Source of the DNA: Erysipelotrichaceae bacterium
GTDB taxonomy: Bacteria; Bacillota_I; Bacilli_A; Erysipelotrichales; Erysipelotrichaceae
Assembly (NCBI GenBank): GCA_030604855.1
Contig: JAUVVC010000011.1
Coordinates: 1 to 32,000, forward strand
Direction of reading: 5' to 3'
DNA length: 32,000 nt
The translations under genes and the position numbers were made by a program. The notes under the pieces are model-generated. The model had not been told where the DNA came from. It searched no databases and worked only from the letters and a program-made list of their open reading frames with translations. Numbering within the stretch: the stretch's first letter is position 1; the number at the start of each line of letters is the position of its first letter. Below, one piece after another: positions 1-7,087 of this stretch.

Positions 1-88
1 CTAAAATTCGAACAACACGTGTAACGTTTCCCTCAAGATCGTACAACTTTAATGCTTCACTAATTTCATACTTTGAATATGATGGCAT
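1..88 (-). CDS. Partial ORF (N-terminus only, continues past window start); possibly a helix-turn-helix protein, function unknown
   Basis: ATG at 88-86 is preceded by a GAAAGGA Shine-Dalgarno (complement of about 94-100). It translates MPSYSKYEISEALKLYDLEGNVTRVVRIL... and is still open at position 1. Only 29 codons are visible, and the HTH idea rests on that short pattern alone. Confidence 0.3.
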   Translation of the reverse strand, partial: MPSYSKYEISEALKLYDLEGNVTRVVRIL

Positions 89-172
89 ACTTTTCCTTTC
101 TGAGTCCAACTTTATGTCCGCATGCCCCTCTCTACTTATAGTCAATAAATATAAGTAAGAAAAGAGGAAAAT

Positions 173-601
173 ATGAAAAAATTGATAGTTATAATGCTTA
201 GTATTTTATTATTTTTTGCAGGTTGTAAGTCATCTGGATTTATCGAAGTAGATACGAAAACAGTTAACGACAGATTGGAAAATAGTGATACCTTTATACT
301 ATATATGGGATTATCGTATTGTTCAGCGTGCAAAATATTCCGCTCTGTAGTTAAGAGTTCTATTGAAAAGGAGAACTTTGATGTATTTTATTTAGAATTT
401 GATAAAGTCCCAGAAAAAGATCAAGAACTTCTAACGACAACTATAACAAGTTTTCTAGAACAAAATGAAACTTTTCCTTATTCATTTCCAATACTATTTG
501 TAATAAAAGACGGAGTAATTCTTGATCAGTTTTCCCTTCAACAAGCAGATACTGAAGACAAATTTATTAAAAGAATTAATAATTCTGGTATTTTTGAATA
601 A
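173..601 (+). CDS. Thioredoxin-fold CxxC lipoprotein
   Basis: Lipoprotein signal MKKLIVIMLSILLFFAGC (lipobox FAGC), with an AGAGGA SD upstream. Thioredoxin-like layout: strand FILYMG followed by C-S-A-C, then later FPILFVIKDG (cis-Pro region). The substrate cannot be inferred. Confidence 0.6.
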   Translation: MKKLIVIMLSILLFFAGCKSSGFIEVDTKTVNDRLENSDTFILYMGLSYCSACKIFRSVVKSSIEKENFDVFYLEFDKVPEKDQELLTTTITSFLEQNETFPYSFPILFVIKDGVILDQFSLQQADTEDKFIKRINNSGIFE

Positions 602-630
602 GAACATTTATTTGGATTAATAAGTAAATA

Positions 631-675
631 AAACGGAATTATAAAATCAATTAGATTTATAATTCCGTTTTTATA
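631..675. terminator. Bidirectional rho-independent terminator between the convergent thioredoxin-like gene and cadA
   Basis: A 15-bp stem, aaacggaattataaa (631-645) pairing with tttataattccgttt (656-670), with a 10-nt loop. T-rich tracts follow the stem on both strands. Confidence 0.6.
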
Positions 676-862
676 AGGATAGGCACACATTCATGAACTA
701 TATCAGAATTTTGTGTATTTATAATCAAATTAACATTTTTGAAAATTAATCCATTGTATGTGCATTTAAGATTTAATCATTCAACTAAAAGGAAACAGAT
801 GTTTAAACTCAACTAGACTCTTAATACACTCTATCTATTATTACTCAATAGATTGGTATGAC

Positions 863-3247
863 TTACAAATCACGCGTATTCATAACTCTTAAAGCATTGA
901 ATACAGCTAACAACGCAACACCTGTATCAGCAAATACCGCTTCCCACATGGTAGCTAGTCCTAGTGAACCTAAAACTAAGAATATACCTTTTACAACCAT
1001 AGCTAATGCAATATTCTGAAATACAATTTTTCTTGTTTTCTTTGCAACTCTAATCGCTGTAATAATTTTAGTTGGTTCATCTGTCATTATCACAACATCC
1101 GCTGCTTCAATTGCTGCATCTGATCCAAGCCCACCCATTGCAATACCAATGTTTGCTCGAGCTAATACAGGCGCATCATTAATTCCATCTCCAACAAAGA
1201 CAATATTACCCTTTGTTGTTTTCTGTTTTTCGATTTCTTCGAATTTAGTAATTTTGTCCGTCGGCAACAACTCAGAATAAACCTCATCCAAGCCAAGATA
1301 ATTACCAATTTCTTCGCCAACTACTTTTCTATCGCCAGTAAGCATTATGGTTCTCATAATCCCTAATTTCTTTAAATCTGCAATTGTCTGTTTAGAATCT
1401 GCTTTGACTTCATCTGATACAACGATATAGCCAATATATTTTGAATCACTAGCTACATATACAATACTTCCATTCGCACTAATTTCTTCGAAAGGAATAT
1501 TCTCTTTTATCATTAATTTCGAATTCCCAACATAAACATTTATATTATCAATTTTTAAATTTATTCCGTAACCTGAAATTTCTTTATAGTCACTAATTCT
1601 ATCTAAATCTATTGTCTTAGAATATTTATTCAGAATAGCTTTAGCTATTGGATGATTAGAGTGATTTTCCGCATACGCCGCAAGTTCTAATACATTCTCT
1701 GTGTTATATCCTTCTTCCGAATTAATATTTGTGACAGTAAATATACCTTTGGTTAAAGTACCTGTTTTATCAAAAATAACCATCTCTATATTATTTAATG
1801 CTTCAAGATAATTACTACCTTTTATAAGTATTCCACGTCTTGAAGCTCCTCCTATACCACCAAAGAAACCGAGTGGTATCGATATAACTAATGCACAAGG
1901 ACAAGAAATAACTAAGAATACTAATGCTCTATAAATCCATTCATTGAAACTTTGATTTGGCATTAATAATGGCGGAAGAATTGCTAATGCTAATGCTAGA
2001 AAAACAACAATTGGTGTATACACAGCTGCAAACTTAGATATAAACTTCTCGGTTGGCGCTTTTCTGCTACTCGCATTTTCAACCAATTCAAGTATTTTCG
2101 ACACTGTAGAATCTTCAAAAGATTTAGTTACTTTGATTAAAATTAGTCCATTGAGATTTATAAAACCACTTATAGCTTGATCATCAACAAACAATTCTCT
2201 TGGAACTGATTCACCTGTTAATGCAGCAGTATCAACCATAGATGAACCTTCAATAACAACCCCATCCAACGGTACTTTTTCACCAGGATTTACAATGATA
2301 ACATCTCCAATTTTAACGCTTTCTGGCTTAACTTTAACTATTTCATTGTTTATTCTAATGTTAGCGTAATCAGGGCGTATATCCATCATCTTTCTTATTG
2401 ATCTTCTTGAATTATCAACCGCTATATCTTGAAATAATTCACCAACCAAGTAGAATAACATAACTGCAACACCTTCTGGATATTCACCGATGAAGAATGC
2501 TCCAATTGTTGCAATACTCATCAAAAAATTTTCACTAAAGACTTGCCCACTTCGAATACCCTTTAATGCCTTTAAAACGATATCGCCACCAACAATAATA
2601 TAACTTAATAGAAATATAGCTAATTCAATATTTGATTCAAACTTAAAAATCAATCCTATTGCAAATAATCCACCACCAACAATCAATTTAAATATTTGTT
2701 TATTTAATGAAAAATCATTTTCTTCATCACTTTCATGATCATCATTTTTAACATCATTCGCTAATAAAGTATTCTCTTTGGTATTTGGAAATTTCATTCG
2801 AATATCGGGCTCAATTGTTTTAGAAATACTAAATAGCTTCTCATTCAATTGATTTATATTTATATTTTTGTCAATTTCAACAATCATATTTTGATTCGCA
2901 AAATTAACAGATGCATATTTTACACCTTCAATCTGCGTGATTTTTTTCTCTATTTTGATCGCACAATTAGCACATGATAGTCCTTCAAGTTTAACTTCTT
3001 GTCTAATTACATCATTACTTTTCATTTCCACAACATTAACTTCTGGTTCAATTGATTTAATATATTTCTTAATATTTTCCATTGTACTAACTAAATTTAC
3101 ATCCTCATCATAATCAAATGAAAGTTTTCTATTCACGAAATCAACACTTACATTCGACAAGCCTGGATTTTTTTTAACATATATTTCTATTTTATTGGCG
3201 CAATTCGCACAATCTAATCCTTCTAGAATCACTTTATTATTTTTCAT
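863..3247 (-). CDS. cadA: Cd/Zn/Pb-type P1B heavy-metal-translocating ATPase
   Basis: 794 aa. Two N-terminal HMA domains with CANC motifs (GLDCANCANKIE, GLSCANCAIKIE) and an acidic/His linker (NDDHESDEEND). Membrane CPC motif (SCPCALVIS), DKTGTLT phosphorylation site and GDGINDAP hinge. It lies immediately downstream of a CadC-like repressor gene. Confidence 0.9.
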   Translation of the reverse strand: MKNNKVILEGLDCANCANKIEIYVKKNPGLSNVSVDFVNRKLSFDYDEDVNLVSTMENIKKYIKSIEPEVNVVEMKSNDVIRQEVKLEGLSCANCAIKIEKKITQIEGVKYASVNFANQNMIVEIDKNININQLNEKLFSISKTIEPDIRMKFPNTKENTLLANDVKNDDHESDEENDFSLNKQIFKLIVGGGLFAIGLIFKFESNIELAIFLLSYIIVGGDIVLKALKGIRSGQVFSENFLMSIATIGAFFIGEYPEGVAVMLFYLVGELFQDIAVDNSRRSIRKMMDIRPDYANIRINNEIVKVKPESVKIGDVIIVNPGEKVPLDGVVIEGSSMVDTAALTGESVPRELFVDDQAISGFINLNGLILIKVTKSFEDSTVSKILELVENASSRKAPTEKFISKFAAVYTPIVVFLALALAILPPLLMPNQSFNEWIYRALVFLVISCPCALVISIPLGFFGGIGGASRRGILIKGSNYLEALNNIEMVIFDKTGTLTKGIFTVTNINSEEGYNTENVLELAAYAENHSNHPIAKAILNKYSKTIDLDRISDYKEISGYGINLKIDNINVYVGNSKLMIKENIPFEEISANGSIVYVASDSKYIGYIVVSDEVKADSKQTIADLKKLGIMRTIMLTGDRKVVGEEIGNYLGLDEVYSELLPTDKITKFEEIEKQKTTKGNIVFVGDGINDAPVLARANIGIAMGGLGSDAAIEAADVVIMTDEPTKIITAIRVAKKTRKIVFQNIALAMVVKGIFLVLGSLGLATMWEAVFADTGVALLAVFNALRVMNTRDL

Positions 3248-3260
3248 TTACTTTTCTCTC

Positions 3261-3626
3261 TTATTTTTCTCTAATATGCAAGAATCCTTGACTAAATATA
3301 TCTTTTACATGTTCATCTTTGATTGAATAATAAACAACTTTCCCATCTTTTCTATTCTTCACAAGATTCGATTGTTTCAATAATCTTAATTGATGAGAAA
3401 TAGCTGATTGTGTCATATTTAATAAAGCCGAAATATCACAAACACACATTTCCGACTCATTTAGAGCCCATAAAATTCTCACACGTGTTGAATCTCCAAA
3501 AATCTTAAATAAATCTGCTAAATCAATCAGAGATTCTTCTTCTGGCATTTTGCTCTTAACATTATTTACAACATCTTCATGAATAGTCGTACAATCACAT
3601 TTAGATACTGTTTCTGAATTTTTCAT
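3261..3626 (-). CDS. cadC: ArsR/SmtB-family metalloregulator, CadC-like
   Basis: Winged-HTH core DSTRVRILWAL...TQSAISHQLRLLKQSNLV, plus N-terminal C-D-C and CVCD thiolate motifs as in CadC. The preferred start is ATG 3626 (MKNSETV...), which has AAAGGGGA 5 nt upstream. The longer ORF reaching 3665 has no SD. Confidence 0.85.
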   Translation of the reverse strand: MKNSETVSKCDCTTIHEDVVNNVKSKMPEEESLIDLADLFKIFGDSTRVRILWALNESEMCVCDISALLNMTQSAISHQLRLLKQSNLVKNRKDGKVVYYSIKDEHVKDIFSQGFLHIREK

Positions 3627-3770
3627 TTTATTCCCCTTTAGATGAACGTTTGAACATCTATTCATATATTAAATCTTTTTTAGTGATTTTTCAAGTATAA
3701 TAATTTATATTTATGTAAAGATTAATGCTAATATTTAGATTATTCTATTCGCGTAATTAAATTACTATTA

Positions 3771-3817
3771 AAAAACCGCTTTTCAGCGGCTAGTTCACCA
3801 AATTGGTGGAAGTGAGG
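3771..3817. repeat. Orphan copy (att-like) of the ssrA 3' end (14 nt) plus ssrA terminator (33 nt)
   Basis: aaaaaccgcttttcagcggCtagttcaccaaattggtggaagtgagg matches 6630-6676 at 46 of 47 positions; the only difference is C3790 versus T6649. Sequence beyond 3817 diverges from tmRNA. Confidence 0.9.
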
Positions 3818-4134
3818 CGTGGCACTTTTATCACTTGTTAAAAATTATATAAATATTATATTTGCTTTTAAAATTTTATTCTTTCAAATTTTTACTACAA
3901 GTTTAGTATATATATAAAAACAATAATAGATATTAAATTATGAGTCAAATATGCGGATGTTTTCTTAAACATTTCAGTATTTCTGTTTAAAATCTATCTT
4001 AATTTATAATAAATATAAATAGTATAAGTTGTTATTAAACTATATTAAATATATATTATAAACAGATTGAAGGTGAAATCATTTCATTCCTAGTAATCAA
4101 TTAATATAATAATATTGCACAAGGGAGGTATCCA

Positions 4135-4539
4135 ATGTTAACAATAAATGAACTTTCAAAATCAACTAATACAAATTCTGAGACTATAAGGTATTATGAA
4201 AAAATAGGGATTATTCCAAAACCAAAACTACTAGAAAACGGGTATAGATCTTATGATAATGAATATATTATTAAAATAAAGTTTATTATAAAGGCTAAAA
4301 AACTTGGGTTTACTTTGCGAGAAATCAAAGAGCTTTTTTCTAACGCGCTTGATCCTGTTAAAACTTGTAATAATATTTCTGATATTGCCTTAGCTAAAAT
4401 CGAACAAATAGAACATCAAATCTATGAATTAAGTAAGATGAAAGAACTACTTTATTCTGTTTCAATAGAATGTAATCCTTCATATTCTATAGAGGAATGC
4501 CCAATCATGAACAACTTGATGAAAAATAAAGAAGATTAA
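4135..4539 (+). CDS. merR: Hg(II)-responsive MerR-family transcriptional regulator
   Basis: N-terminal MerR HTH (LTINELSKSTNTNSETIRYYEKIGII) followed by a coiled coil. Cysteines sit at residues 78, 113 and 122. The spacing of 35 and 9 is the same as the Hg-ligand cysteines of characterised MerR (82/117/126 in Tn501). GGGAGG SD. Confidence 0.85.
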   Translation: MLTINELSKSTNTNSETIRYYEKIGIIPKPKLLENGYRSYDNEYIIKIKFIIKAKKLGFTLREIKELFSNALDPVKTCNNISDIALAKIEQIEHQIYELSKMKELLYSVSIECNPSYSIEECPIMNNLMKNKED

Positions 4540-4540
4540 C

Positions 4541-4572
4541 TTGACATTGGAGTATAGTACAGGGTTTACACT
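4541..4572 (+). promoter_or_regulatory. Candidate MerR-type promoter with over-long spacer (TTGACA-N19/20-TTACAC/TACACT)
   Basis: TTGACA at 4541-4546 starts 2 nt after the merR stop. TACACT lies at 4567-4572 (20-bp spacer), or TTACAC at 4566-4571 (19 bp). The spacer contains GTACAG, which resembles the GTACGG half-site of the Tn501 mer operator as I recall it. Confidence 0.35.
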
Positions 4573-4596
4573 TAATAAGTGTAAACCCTGTACTAT
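4554..4596. repeat. Perfect 43-bp palindrome between merR and merA
   Basis: atagtacagggtttacactta (4554-4574), a (4575), taagtgtaaaccctgtactat (4576-4596). The arms are exact reverse complements. No T-tract follows on either strand. Confidence 0.9.
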
Positions 4597-4781
4597 TAAA
4601 TACGTATAAGCAGATTTTAATAGAATACCTCATTACATGTTTTTACAATTACATTTATTTTAGGTGTTCATGCAATTTATTGGGAATAAGTAATAATACA
4701 AAATCTTAAAGAAATAACTTCTGATTAAAAGGACGAAGCATACAAATCTTACAGGATAAAATAACAAAGGAGAAATTATAT

Positions 4782-6434
4782 ATGAGAAAGTTTATATCCA
4801 AAATTGAAGGAATGACATGTAAATCGTGTGAGTTTCATGTCGCAAAAGCATTAGAAAAGGCAAATTTTAAAAGTATAAATATTGATTATCAAAGTGGTGC
4901 AGCATGGTTTGAGATATCAGATGAGGTTGAATTAGAATCAATTTATGACGCATTAGAAGCAACACCCTATAAATTTTCCGAAGTTAATGAAATACCAAAA
5001 GAAAAAGAGTTTATTCAAGAGCTTCTAGATACTAGCAACTTTGATTTTGATATTTTATTGATTGGTTCAGGGAGCGCAGCATTCTCGGCTGCTATAAAAG
5101 CATCAGAATATGGCGTTAGAATTGGAATGATTGAGAAAGGCGTTGTTGGTGGAACTTGCGTTAATATAGGTTGCATACCTTCTAAGGTACTAATTAAAGC
5201 AGGAGAATTAAATAGATCTGCTATTCAAAATCCATTTGAAGGTCTGGAAACATCAGCTAGTCTACCAAATTTAACAAAGTTAGTACATCAGAAAGATCTA
5301 TTAGTGGAAAAATTGAGAAGCGATAAGTATATTGATTTAATCAGTACTTATAATATCAAACTCATCAAAGGTGAAGCAAGATTTATAAATGAGAATGAGA
5401 TTGAAGTGAATGGAAATAAATATAAATCTAAGCGATTTTTAATTGCAACCGGTGCATCCCCATTTATTCCAACAATAAAAGGGTTAGACAACGTAGATTA
5501 TTTAACTAGTACATCAATATTAGACCTTAAGGAAATACCTAAACGATTAACTATAATAGGTTCAGGATTTATTGCTTTGGAATTAGGAACTCTTTTTAAC
5601 AACTTGGGAAGTGAAGTGACTATAATCCAAAGAAGTGATCGTCTATTAAAAACTTATGATACAGAAATATCAAGTTCCGTAGAACTTGCGCTTTCAGCAC
5701 AAGGAATTAAGTTTATAAAAGGAGTTGAATATGAAAACATAGAACAAATTAAAGACATAAGGAAGGTATATATAACTGTTGATGGCCAGCACATAGTTGT
5801 GGATAGTGATGAACTGCTCATTGCGGCAGGGAGAAAAGCAAACACAGAGTTGTTGAACTTAGAAGCAGCTCATGTCGAAGTTGGCTTAAGTGGTGAAGTT
5901 ATAATAGATGCATATTGTCAAACTAGCAATCCAAGAATATATGCTGCTGGTGATGTGACAGATGGACCACAATATGTTTATGTAGCTGGATATGAAGGTG
6001 GAGTAGCTGTAGAAAATGCTATTGGGAATAAGCAAAAGAAAATAAATTTAACTGTTGTGCCAAGCGTAATTTTCACGAGTCCATCTATTGCTTCTGTTGG
6101 ATTGACTGAAAGTCAAGCAATTGTAAAAGGGTATATGGTAAAAGTTTCGATTCTTCATTTAGATGCAGTTCCAAGAGCTTTGGTTAATTTTAACACATAC
6201 GGTGTGATTAAATTAGTTGTAGATGAACCTTCACAAAAGATTTTAGGCGTTCATATAGTTTCGGATCAAGCGGGAGAATTAATCTATTCTGCCACATTAG
6301 CTATAAAATTTGGGTTAACAATTACAGATTTAACAGATACTATTGCACCTTATTTGACTATGGCTGAAGGTTTAAAGTTAGCCGCGCTTTCATTTAATAA
6401 AGATGTTTCAAAGTTGTCATGTTGTGCAAATTAA
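4782..6434 (+). CDS. merA: Mercuric reductase with one N-terminal HMA (NmerA) domain
   Basis: 550 aa. GMTCKSCEFHV HMA motif, FAD-binding GSGSAAFSAA, redox-active disulfide GGTCVNIGCIPSK and a C-terminal vicinal cysteine pair (LSCCAN). AAGGAG SD. Confidence 0.95.
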   Translation: MRKFISKIEGMTCKSCEFHVAKALEKANFKSINIDYQSGAAWFEISDEVELESIYDALEATPYKFSEVNEIPKEKEFIQELLDTSNFDFDILLIGSGSAAFSAAIKASEYGVRIGMIEKGVVGGTCVNIGCIPSKVLIKAGELNRSAIQNPFEGLETSASLPNLTKLVHQKDLLVEKLRSDKYIDLISTYNIKLIKGEARFINENEIEVNGNKYKSKRFLIATGASPFIPTIKGLDNVDYLTSTSILDLKEIPKRLTIIGSGFIALELGTLFNNLGSEVTIIQRSDRLLKTYDTEISSSVELALSAQGIKFIKGVEYENIEQIKDIRKVYITVDGQHIVVDSDELLIAAGRKANTELLNLEAAHVEVGLSGEVIIDAYCQTSNPRIYAAGDVTDGPQYVYVAGYEGGVAVENAIGNKQKKINLTVVPSVIFTSPSIASVGLTESQAIVKGYMVKVSILHLDAVPRALVNFNTYGVIKLVVDEPSQKILGVHIVSDQAGELIYSATLAIKFGLTITDLTDTIAPYLTMAEGLKLAALSFNKDVSKLSCCAN

Positions 6435-6625
6435 GGTTAAGTATTCATTATATATAGAAGTGAACTATATATACATAACAAGATATAACGTACTAATTTA
6501 ACATAATCTTCCCTACCATATTACTTTGAATATTAATCAAAAGATTAATGAATTGGTTTAGAATCTACTTTGATTTTACGAGAATTAATAAGGAGTATTA
6601 GAACATAGTAGCTGATTCTATAGAC

Positions 6626-6650
6626 AAACAAAAACCGCTTTTCAGCGGTT
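6626..6650 (-). terminator. ssrA rho-independent terminator
   Basis: Minus strand reads AACCGCT-GAAA-AGCGGTT followed by TTTGTTTG, beginning 12 nt after the tmRNA CCA end. Confidence 0.8.
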
Positions 6651-6676
6651 AGTTCACCAAATTGGTGGAAGTGAGG
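6630..6676. repeat. att-like copy contiguous with intact ssrA (last 14 nt of tmRNA plus 33 nt downstream)
   Basis: Partner of 3771-3817, matching at 46 of 47 positions. Positions 6663-6676 are the tmRNA 3' end (CCTCACTTCCACCA on the minus strand). Confidence 0.9.
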
Positions 6677-7006
6677 GGAGTCGAACCCCTGTCCAAATTG
6701 TGTCCACATTCAAACGTCTACAGTTTAGTCTGAATTGATAATCATGCAAGTTGCCTCAGACAAGCCTTACATGATGTGTTCAACTGGATTTAACATGACT
6801 TTGATTGAACATCTGATCATGCGATTCCTTGTTTATGGTGCCAAGCTCAACCCCAAGGACAGGGTCAAGGTGACAGCTACGAGCCTTTAGTGGCTAACTA
6901 TGCAGCGAAACTTAATTTGTTTCCGGTTATTGTTTTTTGGCAATTAGGTCGCCACTCCACTGCAGTCTGAATCCAACAGTCAATCTGTCGAAACCATGAC
7001 ACCCCC
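6663..7006 (-). ncRNA. ssrA: tmRNA (SsrA), about 344 nt
   Basis: The 5' end is GGGGGUGUCAUGGUUUCGACAG. The 3' end is GGACAGGGGUUCGACUCCCCUCACUUCCACCA, with T-loop UUCGACU and an encoded CCA. The acceptor stem pairs GGGGGUG with CACUUCC and includes a G3:U pair. An internal tag frame ends ...GGA AAC AAA UUA AGU UUC GCU GCA UAG (GNKLSFAA stop). Confidence 0.95.
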
Positions 7007-7027
7007 ATGTGGGATGGATGCATTGAA

Positions 7028-7056
7028 AGTATATGACTTTTATTACAACTTGTCAA
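7028..7056 (-). promoter_or_regulatory. ssrA sigma-A-type promoter
   Basis: Minus strand has TTGACA (7056-7051), a 17-bp spacer and TATACT (7033-7028). This predicts a short leader of about 15 nt ahead of the mature 5' end at 7006. Confidence 0.7.
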
Positions 7057-7063
7057 TCAAAGT

Positions 7064-7087
7064 AAATCCCGATGTTAGTCGGGATTT
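7064..7087 (-). terminator. Hairpin at the end of the phn/EIIB operon (possible terminator)
   Basis: aaatcccga (7064-7072) pairs with tcgggattt (7079-7087). The loop contains the EIIB stop codon (7075-7077). On the minus strand the trailing tract is only moderately U-rich (ACUUUGAUU). Confidence 0.4.

Larger units (their letters stand above)
1..6629. mobile_element. AT-rich heavy-metal-resistance genomic island abutting the 3' end of ssrA (left end not in window)
   Basis: There is an abrupt compositional change at about 6630-6663. The cargo is typical accessory content (cadCA, merRA). An internal extra copy of the ssrA 3' end/terminator lies at 3771-3817. No recombinase ORF was recognised in the visible part. 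Confidence 0.55.
3771..6676. mobile_element. att-bracketed merR-merA module (repeat period 2859 bp) with no recombinase; candidate cis-mobilizable element
   Basis: The module is flanked by the 47-bp direct repeats. The only ORFs of 60 aa or more inside it are merR, merA and one antisense ORF within merA. The non-coding arms (3818-4134, 6435-6629) contain only ORFs of 25 codons or fewer. Confidence 0.5.

Noticed and set aside
142-333. 63-aa minus-strand ORF overlapping the thioredoxin-like lipoprotein gene
   Set aside because: It is antisense to an ORF with SD, lipobox and CxxC. It is the low-complexity product of AT-rich DNA.
3627-3665. N-terminal extension of cadC, and the TGAAC-N3-TGAAC / imperfect inverted repeat AGATGTTCAAACGTTCATCT as a possible CadC operator
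   Set aside because: The extension has no SD, whereas ATG 3626 has a strong one. As an inverted repeat the element pairs at only 6 of 10 positions. I could not place a convincing promoter around it, so an operator call is not supportable from sequence alone.
3818-4134. Tiny ORFs in the mer-cassette arms (e.g. 16-codon MSQICGCFLKHFSISV, a 25-codon minus-strand ORF, and a 17-codon ORF at about 6549-6602) as possible excisionase or Xis genes
   Set aside because: They are too short, lack an SD and have no HTH-like pattern. They are indistinguishable from random ORFs in AT-rich DNA.
5654-5845. 63-aa minus-strand ORF inside merA
   Set aside because: It is antisense to an unambiguous MerA coding region and has no SD.
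6522-6533. 12-mer tactttgaatat shared between 69-80 and 6522-6533 as possible island terminal repeats
   Set aside because: A single 12-bp match in 32 kb of AT-rich DNA is expected by chance. The flanking bases do not extend the match.
7064-7087. The hairpin with a T6 tract on the plus strand as a plus-strand terminator
   Set aside because: No plus-strand gene ends upstream of it; ssrA and the phn operon are both on the minus strand. It is kept only as a low-confidence minus-strand operon-end hairpin.
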